The notes beneath the pieces are model-generated. The model saw nothing but the letters and a program-made list of their open reading frames with translations. It was not told where the DNA came from and ran no database searches. A DNA stretch of 63,780 nucleotides, filler included, from Folioceros fuciformis (lineage: Eukaryota), in assembly GCA_049999805.1 (NCBI GenBank). It is 6 parts of 6 records of this genome, joined end to end, with 100 filler letters (N's around TTAATTAATTAA, not from the genome) between each part and the next. Parts side by side here need not be neighbours in the genome. Positions count along the whole stretch, not along the records: positions 1 to 15,141 come from JBNGIO010005743.1; 5 more parts are not named here. One strand, given 5' to 3'. Below, in pieces: positions 1-10,763 of the stretch. Each line of letters starts with the position of its first letter. Within the stretch, counting starts at the first letter, position 1. Made by a program: the position numbers and the translations under genes.

Positions 1-378
1 CCCTGGAACCGTCTCACCGCACCCCATCCTTCCGTCAGCCCCGCAGATCTGCGCAGTCGGTACACGAGGCATCGCAACCCCGCTCCTGTATTCTTCATCA
101 AAGAATCCCTACGCCCAACAGCGCTCGCAGCAGCGGACGAGGTTCGCTTCCCTCGGACCCGTCACTGAGAGCTACACCTGGTAAGGGTTTGGAGGGAATC
201 TCGCAAGAATATATGTTCTTTTTGTCATAGAAGTTTACGAAGTCTCACAAGGACACTTTAATTTCCGAGCTCCCTTGAGGGTTGTTCGACATGCATCTAA
301 TGGAGCGGAGTGTGCGCGGTCGACTGGGTCCCGACAACCCGTGCGATCTTGGGTAGCGTGAGCCTGGATGCAAGCGCC

Positions 379-1798
379 ATGTTGCCCCATGGGCTAGAGG
401 CCGTGGTGGTGGCGGGAGATGTGGTAGAGATGGCGTGGGATGCAGTGGAGAGACGACGGGTTAAGAAAGCAAGTTGTACATTTCAGGGAGCTGCCTCTGT
501 TTTTACAGAGGGTGTAGAAGTAGAAGGGGCCCTGGCGCAAGAACGTGCAGAAAATGAGCGACTGCGCGCTATTGTGGAGTTCTATCAGAATGCCTTAGCG
601 GAAAACCGCATTTCCGAGGCTGGAGAGCTTCCCTCGGAGGAACAAGAGGATGAGGCCGCAGCTGTAAGATTTCGGTTCAACCCTTGCTGGTTGAGTGAGC
701 CACGATGGTGGCGTCATGGGAATTGCAGATTTCAGTCAAAAGCCTTGTTGGTTGAACTCGTTCGGATGGCGTGTAGGGGTCTTGTGGAGGCTGACTTCGG
801 TTCGTTGGTTTGTAGGTCTGGACTCGATTGCGGAGGAGAGTGGAGTCGCCGGAGTTTCTTTCCAAACTTGAAGCAACGAGGAACGGCAGCTCTGCTCTGC
901 CAGCGACTGGTGGACACGGAGGTATTCTTTAGTCTCTGCTGCAGTAATGCCTATCCTCTTCTGCTCATCAGAGCTATGATGGAGATGGTTTTGAGACAGC
1001 CTGGGGCTATGAGTACAGGCTCCAGGTCGAGATCGGAAGTAGGAGACGGGTGGCTCGTTATATCCGACGATGACTTGTTGGGTGAACCAAAGTTGGTGCA
1101 AGACTGTCTGGGTTCCAGCGGGTATTGTGTTGTCACTACGGATGAAGTCGTCGATGGCATTGCCCACTGTGTTGCCACATACATAACTTCGGTCCCTCAG
1201 GCGAAGGTAGGTGAAAGCTCTTTCTTGCAGGAGGCAGGTATGTTTTTTGCGTTTTTCTTTGCTTTTTCTTTTCCGTTCTACAGTGTTGGATTTGGTTACA
1301 GCTTCTTTTCACTCATCGCACATGTTTCTTTGCAGAGCATGTCGCCTAAGGACTTGCAGGCCGGTAAGCTCTTACCTGATTGGAGTGCTAAGGTGTTGTC
1401 ATGACATCGATCATCAGTTTGAGGGCTTGATTGGGAGACAGCTGTTACGTTCTCGTGGGTTTCGATGCTGATTTTGTGTTCCGTTCTGCTCTCAGCTCTT
1501 GCCAAAGCCTTCACCTTCCGCCAGAAAAAAGGGAAATTGAAAAGAGTTTGGGGTGCCAGTAAAGTTTGCTACAAAGTCGTGTCGTGGGGTGCAACTATTG
1601 TGGGGTAAGCGTTTGCATTTTTGCTCACCTTGCGGAGCCCTTTGTCCGCTCATTAGATCCGACAATTTCTTCTGGTCTTCCCATCCTAGAGTCGTTTGGT
1701 TGGTCTGCTGCAGAGTTTACCAACATCCCGTGGTCATCAAGGCCGCAGCTGTGGCTGCTTGGACTTCATGCCAGGTGATTGCACGCGTGGTGAACTAG
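379..1798 (+). CDS. Uncharacterised conserved plant protein, multi-exon (coiled-coil N-part, hydrophobic C-terminus)
   Basis: ATG at 379 (MLPHGLEAVVVAGDVVEMAWDAVE...). GT-AG introns can be placed (donors about 664, 1207, 1364, 1605; acceptors about 1336, 1495, 1713). The spliced C-terminus reads SMSPKDLQAALAKAFTFRQKKGKLKRVWGASKVCYKVVSWGATIVGVYQHPVVIKAAAVAAWTSCQVIARVVN*. Middle exon boundaries are uncertain. Probable 5'UTR exon ends at 180 (GTAAG). Confidence 0.7.
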
Positions 1799-2862
1799 GA
1801 CGCGCATCGCCAAGGTAGTCATTGTGTGATTTGTAATCTTCAACCCTCTGTACAAAATGTGCTTTCCTATTTGGTTGGTTATAAGGCGCTCTTAGATTGT
1901 ATACCGAGTACCGGACGCTTGTCATACATTCGTTCTTTTCTGTAAATAATTGCTAAGTCTTCCAGTGCTCATGTTTGGACTTCCCTCCCCCGATGGTTAT
2001 ATACGTGATGGTGAAGTACGTCGGGGGTCTGGGATAAGCTTTCTTCGGAAATGGCGTTAGGTCCGACATGGAGATAATGCCTCCGCGATAGTTCGTCAGA
2101 GACTGTGCTGCCATCGCGGCGCCGCTGAGATGCTATCATCTTCACGGGGCGTCTTTGTTCGAAAAATCGGAGATCTTGTGTCGTATTTTTTCTTCACGCT
2201 TCACAGAACGGAAGAAAAGGAGTAAGCTCAGAACAGATCCGATAGCGTCTGGTGTTCCTTCCACAAGAATGACTCGTAAGAGAGGGAGGTAAGAAGTACA
2301 CAGCGAAGACACCGTTCTAGCCAACGCAGCTAGCTTCGACTAGACTAGTTTAAGGAGTGTTTGAGGTAGTCCTGAACTGCCTTGTACCCTGGAGGCCTCG
2401 TGGCTGTTCTATCAAGTTTGGTGCTCCAGGGTCGAAAGCACCGAAAGAAAAGCCTGGGAACGGATGGTGCGCAGACCAGGGACAGGACCTTAGGACAGCC
2501 ATTCCTTGTTTTCGCACGTTTTGGATACGTTGGTGTACTACCTGTCAGGGCCTGGGCCTCACTGATTTTTGTGGTATGCAACTTTGTGCGAGCAGTATGT
2601 TGTCCAACGATATGAGCACAATTTCTCAGAGGCAGCTGATGAATTCCGTCGTCGTCCAAGAGTACGTGATCATGACGACTTGGCCATCACGGAAGGCATC
2701 ACCTATTCTGCGTGGTAATCTCGCCTCCGTTTGCGGTCGAAGGTTTCAGGAGGTGTGCAGCTCTCGGGGGATCTTTGGAAATCCATCCAGCGACACCTGC
2801 AGGTCGCGGCAAGAGCTCCTGTGCGTATGAGAAATGCAATGTAATGCAACTAGTGCCGAGCC

Positions 2863-5800
2863 ATGGCTCGGTCCTTCTCGAGAGCCATGGGTGGATGCAG
2901 GCCGACAGGTCTCCTCAGAAGAGCTCCCGCTCACCTGACTTCACGGGACAAGTTAGTGGCAAACAATGAACCCGGAAGGTGCAGCACGTTCGGAGCCAAC
3001 CGTGCAGGAGGACAACAGATGGCTCCTCGTGCCCCTGACCCTCGCAGATTGGCAGGCTATGAAAGGAGTGTGACGGCTGAAACCGTGAGCAAATTGTGTA
3101 AGCAGGGGCAGCTCACGGAGGCCGTTGGTGCTCTAGAAGAGTTGGTGAACGCTGACTGTCGTACGTCTGCCTCTCTCTTTTACACGGTCCTAAAGGAGTG
3201 TGTGGCTCAGAAGGATTTGCCTCTTGGTCGCCGTGTCCATTTTCTTATTGTGAAGAAGGGGCATGAGTCCGACAAATTCTTGTGCAACCACGTTCTGCGA
3301 ATGTACGCTTCTCATAACAGGTTGCAGGAAGGCATGCATGTGTTCAGTACGGTCGCCAAACCAGATGCCTTCATGTGGTCTTCCATAATTTATGCGCATG
3401 TTAAACACGGACAATATAAGCAGGCCATACAGCTCTATCGTCAGATGCGGAGCACAAGTGTGATACCAGATGCACACGTGTATGCAGCAGCTCTTCAGGC
3501 TTGTTCAAAGGGAGCGGACCTGAAATGTGGGCAGGAGGTGCACGCTGATTTGGTGGCTAGTGGCATCCAGCGTAGTATGTTTGTTTCTAGTTGTTTAGTG
3601 GATATGTATGTGAAATGCGGCAGTTTGCAAGATGCTCGAAGAGTGTTCGATGGTATGGGGGAAAAAAACGTGGTGACTTGGAGTTCCATGATATCAGGAT
3701 ATTGCCAGCAGGCCAAGGGGCAGGAAGCCCTTAGCCTCTACAGGGATATGCAACAAGAATGCATGGTTGCACCTGATCGCGTGACGTTTGCATGCCTCTT
3801 GAAGGCTTGTGCTAGCGTGGGCACTTCGGCTTTGGAGAATGGGAGGCAGTTTCATGTGCAGATCAGAAACTGCAAACTTGAGGCTGATGTGGTTGTAGTT
3901 AACAGCTTAATAAACATGTATGCAAAGTGTGGCAGTTTACAGGACGCTCGGCGTGTGTTTGATGGACTTCGTAAAAAGGACGTGGTGACATGGAGTACCA
4001 TGATAGCTGGATATTCCCAGCAGGGCATGGGGCGAGACGCCCTGTCCGTGTACGGGGCTATGCAAGAAGAAGGCATCGTGCCACCAAATTCTGTGACCTT
4101 TGTGTGCCTACTTCAGGCATGCGCAAGTTTGGGAACCTCGGCTCTCGAGAAGGGGAGGCAGGTTCATGCACGGATAAGGGAACGAGGGCTTCAATCTGAT
4201 GTGTTTATATCTAGCGGTTTGGTAGCTATGTATTCAAAGTGTGGCAGCCTAGAGGAAGCTCGAGGTGTGTTTGATGCACTTGACGAAAAGAATGTGGTTA
4301 CTTGGAGTACTATGATAGCTGCATATTCTCAGCAAAGCATGGGTCAGGAAGCCCTTGCTCTTTACAGAGCTATGCAAGCAGGAGGCTTGGCAGCACCCAA
4401 TTCTGTAACGTTTGTGTGCCTCCTGCAGGCATGTGGAAGTGTAGGCACCCATGCGTTAGAGCAGGGGAAGGAGCTTCATGCACAGATTAGGGGACGAAGG
4501 CTTCAGGATGATGTGTTTGTAGCCAACAGTTTGATAAACATGTATGCCAAGTGTGGCAGCATTGAGGATGCTGAGAATGTGTTTTACGGACTCTGTCAGA
4601 AGGATGTTGTGACGTGGAATGCAATGATAGCAGGATATTCCCAAAAGGGAATGGGACTGGAAGCCCTTCAACTTCTCTCAACAATGCAACAAGCAGGTAT
4701 GGCTGCACCAAATGCTGTGACATTTGTGTCCCTCCTTCAGGCGTGTTCAAGTGCAGGCAGTGCGGCATTGGAGAAGGGAAGGCGGCTTCATGCACAAATT
4801 AGAGAAAGAGGACTTCAGGGTGATGCAGCTGTTGGTGGGAGTCTGGTAAACATGTATGCAAAGTGTGGCAGCTTAAAGGACGCTCGGATCGTGTTTGACG
4901 GGCTTGTTCAAAAAAATGTGGGGACATGGAGTGCCATGATAGGAGCCCATTCCCAGCGGGGCATGGGCGTGGAAGCCCTTCGTCTCTACAGGACTATGCA
5001 GGAAGAAGGCAGCGTTGTGCCCGATTCCATGACATTCGTGTGCCTCCTTCAGGCATGTGCAAGTGTTGGCAGACCAGCGCTAGAAAAGGGAAGGCAGCTT
5101 CATGCACACATTAAAGAACGAGGACTTCAGACTGATGTAATCGTCGGTGGAAGCCTGGTAAACATGTATGCAAAGTGCGGTAGCCTGGAGGACGCCCGTG
5201 GTGTGTTTGATGGACTGGGTGAAAAAAATGTGGTGACGTGGAGTGCCATGATAGCAGGGTATTCTCAGCAGGGTATGGGACGGGAAGCCCTTCGTCTTCA
5301 CAGCAGTATGCGTGAAGAAGGCATGGCTGCTCCTGATTCTGTGGCATTTGTGTGCCTCCTGCAGGCGTGTGCAATTGTGGGTACTCTAGCTTTAGAGGAA
5401 GGTAGGCAGCTCCATGCACAAATTACAGAGCAAGGTCTTGAAGGTGATGTAATTGTAGCCAATAGCCTTGTGAACATGTATGCAAAGTGCAGCAGCCCAG
5501 AGGATGCTCAGAGCGTGTTTGACGGACTCACTCACAAAGACGTGGTGACGTGGAGTGCGATGATAGCAGGATACTCTCAGCAGGGCATGGGGCAGGATGC
5601 CCTACTTCTTTACAGTGCTATGCAGGAAGAGGGTGTTGTTTCTCCCAATTCTGTGACATTTGTGTGCCTCCTTCAGGCATGTGCGAGTGTAGCAGCTTTG
5701 CATCTAGGGAGGGAACTTCATGGTGAGATCAGGCAGCAGGGGCTTCAAACGGATGTGCTTGTAGCAGGCAGTTTGATAAACATGTACGGAAAGTGTGGTA

Positions 5801-6543
5801 GTATGGACGAGGCACAGCACGTGTTTGAGGGATTGCCCAAAAGAGATACTGTCACCTGGAATGCACTAATTGCAGGATACATCCGTCAAGGAGATAGTGA
5901 CCATGTGTTCAGCTTGCTTCTGAGAATGAAAGAGGATGGCATACTGCCAAATGGCATCACGTTTCTTAGCTTATTGACTGTATGCAGTCACGCAGGTCTA
6001 GTGCACAAGGGGCGAGAGTACTTCGAGTCCATGAGCAGCCAGCATGGCATCACTCCCACGGTGGACCACTACACATGCATGGTGGATCTGCTGGGTCGTG
6101 CAGGATATCTGGACGAGGCACTAGCTCTAGTACGGGCAATGTCTGTAACGCCTAATGCTGCAGTTTGGCATACGCTGTTGGGGGCATGTCGAAAGTGGAG
6201 CAACGTGGAGATGGGTCGACACGCTTTCGAAGAAGCCGTAAAGATGGACGAGAAAGATGCGGCAGCATATGTGTTGATGTCCAGCGTATACACTGATGCT
6301 GGGATGTGGGAGCAGGCTCACGACATGCAGGTGAGAAGAATAAGGATCAGGGCATGGAAGCAGCCCGGCCAGAGCTGGTGGACAGACTTGGACGGAATAG
6401 TGCATAGTTTCGTCGTTGGGAATGAGAAGCATACCGATAGGATAAAGCTCTTTCCGAAAATGAAGGAAGGTCACGGGCTGAATCTAGAAAAATTATCTGA
6501 TGTTTGGAAGAACACTATTTGTGTAGAAACAGCGAGGAGCTGA
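2863..6543 (+). CDS. PLS-class pentatricopeptide repeat protein with E1-E2 and truncated DYW (PG box KQPGQSWWTD); organellar RNA-editing-factor-like; intronless
   Basis: 1226-aa ORF with about 29 P/L/S motifs (VVTWSxMIxGYSQ, SVTFVCLLQAC, SLxNMYAKCGS), then P2-L2-S2 (CSHAGLV, DHYTCMVDLLGRAG), E1/E2 and a PG box. Confidence 0.95.
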   Translation: MARSFSRAMGGCRPTGLLRRAPAHLTSRDKLVANNEPGRCSTFGANRAGGQQMAPRAPDPRRLAGYERSVTAETVSKLCKQGQLTEAVGALEELVNADCRTSASLFYTVLKECVAQKDLPLGRRVHFLIVKKGHESDKFLCNHVLRMYASHNRLQEGMHVFSTVAKPDAFMWSSIIYAHVKHGQYKQAIQLYRQMRSTSVIPDAHVYAAALQACSKGADLKCGQEVHADLVASGIQRSMFVSSCLVDMYVKCGSLQDARRVFDGMGEKNVVTWSSMISGYCQQAKGQEALSLYRDMQQECMVAPDRVTFACLLKACASVGTSALENGRQFHVQIRNCKLEADVVVVNSLINMYAKCGSLQDARRVFDGLRKKDVVTWSTMIAGYSQQGMGRDALSVYGAMQEEGIVPPNSVTFVCLLQACASLGTSALEKGRQVHARIRERGLQSDVFISSGLVAMYSKCGSLEEARGVFDALDEKNVVTWSTMIAAYSQQSMGQEALALYRAMQAGGLAAPNSVTFVCLLQACGSVGTHALEQGKELHAQIRGRRLQDDVFVANSLINMYAKCGSIEDAENVFYGLCQKDVVTWNAMIAGYSQKGMGLEALQLLSTMQQAGMAAPNAVTFVSLLQACSSAGSAALEKGRRLHAQIRERGLQGDAAVGGSLVNMYAKCGSLKDARIVFDGLVQKNVGTWSAMIGAHSQRGMGVEALRLYRTMQEEGSVVPDSMTFVCLLQACASVGRPALEKGRQLHAHIKERGLQTDVIVGGSLVNMYAKCGSLEDARGVFDGLGEKNVVTWSAMIAGYSQQGMGREALRLHSSMREEGMAAPDSVAFVCLLQACAIVGTLALEEGRQLHAQITEQGLEGDVIVANSLVNMYAKCSSPEDAQSVFDGLTHKDVVTWSAMIAGYSQQGMGQDALLLYSAMQEEGVVSPNSVTFVCLLQACASVAALHLGRELHGEIRQQGLQTDVLVAGSLINMYGKCGSMDEAQHVFEGLPKRDTVTWNALIAGYIRQGDSDHVFSLLLRMKEDGILPNGITFLSLLTVCSHAGLVHKGREYFESMSSQHGITPTVDHYTCMVDLLGRAGYLDEALALVRAMSVTPNAAVWHTLLGACRKWSNVEMGRHAFEEAVKMDEKDAAAYVLMSSVYTDAGMWEQAHDMQVRRIRIRAWKQPGQSWWTDLDGIVHSFVVGNEKHTDRIKLFPKMKEGHGLNLEKLSDVWKNTICVETARS
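3670..5850 (+). repeat. 312-nt (104-aa) tandem PLS triplet repeat inside the PPR gene
   Basis: Near-identical P(36)+L(37)+S(31) units; shadow ORFs start at 3990, 4302, 4614 and 4926, an exact 312-nt period. Confidence 0.9.
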
Positions 6544-7090
6544 CCACAGCATGTGCGTGAAGAATGGTCCTTAGAGGACGTCCACATTCGCTGTGATCAG
6601 TCTTTGGGTCTCCGTGAACTTTCACTTTCCCCGTTGTGTCTGTCGTGTGTTGCCCTTCCCTCTGGCGTCTGTTGCCTTACGATTTTTGGCGCATTGTGTG
6701 AGGGCAGTTTTTGGTTTCCTCGTCTGCCCCCCTGCACCTTTTTCCTCTTCATTTGCAGAATTTTTCCCAATTAATTTTTCCAACATTGAACGCGTTATCC
6801 TTTATCATTATTATTATTATTATTTTAATATCATCTAACTTTCACGTATAATACACAGCCCGGGATAGGGTGAAGGGCATATATGGCTCTGTATGCTTTA
6901 TTGTAGATGGCTCGTTGCAAGACCAGACGGCTGGTGGCGTTGTCTCATCACCTGGTCGTTGAGCGAGGACGAAATGAAAAGTTGTAACTGGTGAAGATTG
7001 CACGCCCAGCGCGGTATACATCGATCAGTCCATGCCTGGATGCTGAGCTGCGCTCAGCGCTATGGCGCATCTGAGAATGTAATTGCGGGG

Positions 7091-9010
7091 ATGTGGAGCC
7101 CAATATGTAAATGGGAGGATGAAGGTGCGGCGTGCAGAATCCGGTTCTGGATCGCGGCAGTAGTAGTGGTACTGGTGGTGCTGTGGTCGTGCACTGGGTT
7201 GAGGCCTGAGGTGATGGAGGTGCAGTGGCCGGCGTGGGCATGGCAGGAGGTGAGAGCAAAATGTTCCAGCTGTGGACTGGGCAGGAGAAGTATGTGTGGC
7301 CGGCGCTGGACTTGAGGAGGCCCAGGCTGCTGGCGGGGCTGGTGCTAAGCGTGGTGGGCGCTTGCCTGGCCGGCGCCGGGGGGGTCGGCGGGGCCGGGCT
7401 CTTCTTGCCGCTCTTGCACCGGCTGGTGGGATTCGACGCCAAAACTGCAGCGGTGATGTCCAGCGTCATGAGTGTGGGAGGCAGCGTGTCCAACGTTTTG
7501 CTTACTCTGGTCCAGGGGCAGAAACACCCGGACCCGGATCGGGACGGGGAGTCGCTCATCGATTTCGAGGCGGCACTGTTGCTGCAGCCTTACATGCTGC
7601 TGGGGATCAGTCTAGGAGTGATTGCGAATACCATGCTAGCCACCTGGATAATCTTCACGCTCCTGGCCGCAACGTTGGGATACACGACGCAGAGAAGCCT
7701 GCGGGACGCCATGAGGCGCTGGGCGAAGGAGTCGCTGTTGAAGCGGGGTGCTGGTTTAAATATGTCGGAGTCCGTCCAGTCTAGCAGCACGCGTAAGGAT
7801 TCGGATCTGGAGGCCGGGGACCTGTACACGCCTTTGCTGGTGCCCTCGGGTGGTGATCAAGAGGGAGACGATCGCGATCGTACCCCTGGGCTCCCCTGGA
7901 TTCCTGTTACTGGCGATCGCCCGAACTCCAAACTACGGTCTGCGAAGACGTCGGCGATGCTCGTTCTCGTGTGGCTCGTCTTCTTCGGCATTCAAGCGCT
8001 TCGAGGTCGCAGCTCTGGCCAGGTTAGATTATCTGCTTGTCCACCATGGTGTAGGATGCTGGTCAGCCGACGACGTGGAATGTTAATTGATATGCTGCAC
8101 ATATATTACGCATGTGCAGTGTGGTCCGGGGTACTGGCTTTCCACAGCCTCTTTGCTTCCCGTCTCTTGGGGATTCACATCCTGGATTGCGAGGAATACT
8201 AACGCTGGCAGACACGCCCAAGACAGTACAGATTCTAGCGACGCCGTGCCCGTGGGTGATCAGGTACTATACTGCTGCTCTGCTTCCTCCTTGCCTGCAA
8301 CTGCATGCTCCACGATCCTTTGCTCTGCCACCTCTACTTCTTCACCCGTTCCCTTAAAGTACACGTCTGGGCTCAAGCTGTGTCACCACTCCTTGCGCAG
8401 GTGCGACACGGTGGGATCCTGGTGACAGGGATGTCATTCCTCGGGGGACTACTTGGGAGCATGCTGGGCGTTGGCGGAGGGATGATTGTCATGCCTCTTT
8501 TCCTGGAGATGCGGATGCCCCCACAGGTAATTTTCCTCTCGCACTGGCAGATCTGCAGTGAACGGCAATACGACGGATGATCCTCTCGCACACTCATCAC
8601 TTCTTCGTTCAATACACGCCGGCTCGAGTTGACAAAGCTTTCCCTAACCCGTCCCGTGCACGGACTCTGAGCAGGTGACTGGCGCCACCTGGTGCTTCAT
8701 GAGCCTCCTTTCCTGCTCCTTGTCCGTGGTCCAGTATTGGATGCTGGGCCGTATCCCGGTGGGGCATGCTCTTCTGTTCGGTGCCACCAGCTTGGTAGCC
8801 TCGTCGGTGCGGCAGCTAGCTCTAGAGCGTGTCGTCTCGCGATGTGGGAGGCCGTCTATTATCCCATTCACAGTCTCAGCTGCCTTGGGCCTGAATGCAT
8901 TAACAATGGGAGGTTCTGGGGCCTACGATGTCGTCCACCAATCTCTCGGAGGGGCGTACATCGGTTTTCATCCACCTCGTTGCATCGTGGTCGTTTCATC
9001 CCCACCTTAA
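7091..9010 (+). CDS. Sulfite exporter TauE/SafE family membrane protein, with an apparent 1-nt frameshift near 7260
   Basis: Motifs AGGVGGAGLFLPLL..GFDAKTA, LIDFEAALLLQPYMLLGISLGV and GGLLGSMLGVGGGMIVMPLFLEMRMPPQV. Introns about 8023-8119, 8264-8400 and 8527-8674. The signal-peptide-like N-terminus from ATG 7091 is in a different frame from the body. Confidence 0.8.
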
Positions 9011-9979
9011 ATTTGGCTGCCTGAAAAGGTGTTGGCTGCCTGAAACGGTAGTTTTAAACTAGTTTAGAGGATGTTAAAGGGAAACATAAAAGAGTATGGC
9101 ATAATCAAAGTAAGAGAATTGAAAAGAGATTCTACTCATTTAAACATACTATGATTAAGAAGTTGTGTTGTCAAAACGAGATGGAAAGAGTTAGCTTGTT
9201 GGAACATGCAACACAAGTTGCTCTAAAGTAGCAAAGAGATGATCATTAGCACCAGGAGTAATTGACGAGGAATTGTTTAGGTGAGTTTCCTTTGCCCATG
9301 TACAAAATCAAGTTCAATTAGTTCTTAGCAATGCAATTCAATTAGTGTTAGCAAGGCAATCTTATGTGAATAGATAAGGCTCTTACTTTAAATAATAGAT
9401 CATTTATATAAAAATAATATAAAGATTTAGGGTATACCCAAACCATGCAATTAGAAGTACAAGCAAGCATAAGCACAAAAAATCAGACATCAACATCAGG
9501 CCTTGTACTTAGCTCTTCATATTTCACTATCACAAATCAACAAGAATAACCAATACAATATAGATGAGCTAGAGAACTCCCCATCTTTACCTACTCCCCA
9601 TCTTGACCTAAGCTAGAAGCTTTGCTATCTCTATCCACTTAACCTCTTGCACAAGAGCTATCCTCAGTCCAAAGTTGGACCCCTTTTTTTACTAAGGTTC
9701 TATGGTCTACTATGAAGAGTAAAATTGCAACATGTATTTTATGCACCATTTAGATAGAAGATAATGCTTGGATTTTAGTGTGTGGCTAAGAGCCGAAGGG
9801 CTTGATCTTTGGATCGCATGAAGTATGAGTGAATGAGAGGCATAGGGCCTAAAATTAGGAGGATTTGAGGAGCCCTTGAATTGCATACGAAGAAAGGGTA
9901 TAGACCATTCCTTGGCTTCACTCACTGTGACTTCGTTGGCCATCGAGGTAGTTGTCTCTATAGCTACTTCTCATAGGCC

Positions 9980-10110
9980 CACAAGCAAGGTCACTCATTC
10001 ATAGGCAGGCCCACAAGGAGGCTCACTCACTCGTAGATAGGCTCGCAAGCAAGCTCAACTCGCTCGTAGGTGGGCTCGCAAGCAAGCTCACTTGCTTGTA
10101 GGCAGGCTTG
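9980..10110. repeat. Degenerate tandem repeat of about 30 nt (gctcact..ctcgtagg.aggctcgcaagcaa), about 4 copies, in TE-like AT-rich DNA
   Basis: Directly visible repeated units. Confidence 0.6.
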
Positions 10111-10494
10111 TGTCATGACTTAGAAAGTCTGTTAGAGTGTTGCATCTGTGTGAACTTGTTGTGTAGATCGATGCCGTACGAGTTGACAACTCATGGCAAA
10201 TAAGTGTGTAGTGAAGATAAATCCATGGCGTTTTGACTAAAGAGAGAGCTAGTAGATGAAAAGTTTTCACAAAAGGATAGTTGGTGGGCACAGTTATTTT
10301 GGTAGTGAACTTTGTGAACAGTTTATACCGGTTAAGAATGCTCACCCAGGTAGTTGGCAACGGAATTTTGCAAGTATATAAGGGTCTGAAAGAATGAATG
10401 AGCATTCTTTTGATAGTTCACTTAAAAAGCTTAGAGTCCGTAGACAATCAACACATCTTGACAGTGCACTCTGATCATAAAGCTTGTAGCGGAT

Positions 10495-10720
10495 TGAACA
10501 ACTGAATCAAAGCTTTTGTGTACTGAACAACTGAATCAAAGCTTTTGTGTTACGATTTGCATCTTCATGTGCCATTACACGTGAGAAGGTTGCAATGACG
10601 TGATACAGGAGGTCTTCATGTGCCATTACACGTGAGAAGGTTGCAATGACGTNNNNNNNNNNCAGGAGGTCTTCATGTGCCATTACACGTGAGAAGGTTG
10701 CAATGACGTGATACAGGAGG
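10495..10720. repeat. Short tandem duplications (about 28 nt x2; about 51 nt x3 spanning a 10-N gap)
   Basis: tgaacaactgaatcaaagcttttgtgt x2; cttcatgtgccattacacgtgagaaggttgcaatgacgt x3. Copy number across the gap is unreliable. Confidence 0.75.
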
Positions 10721-10763
10721 TAGTCGGATTGACGTCATGAAACTAGAAGATGACCCTAGAATA

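Noticed and set aside
2357..2862. Ser/Arg-rich ORF upstream of the PPR gene as a lost transit-peptide exon
   Set aside because: Needs a stop read-through plus a frameshift, and the ATG at 2863 already gives a plausible targeting peptide.
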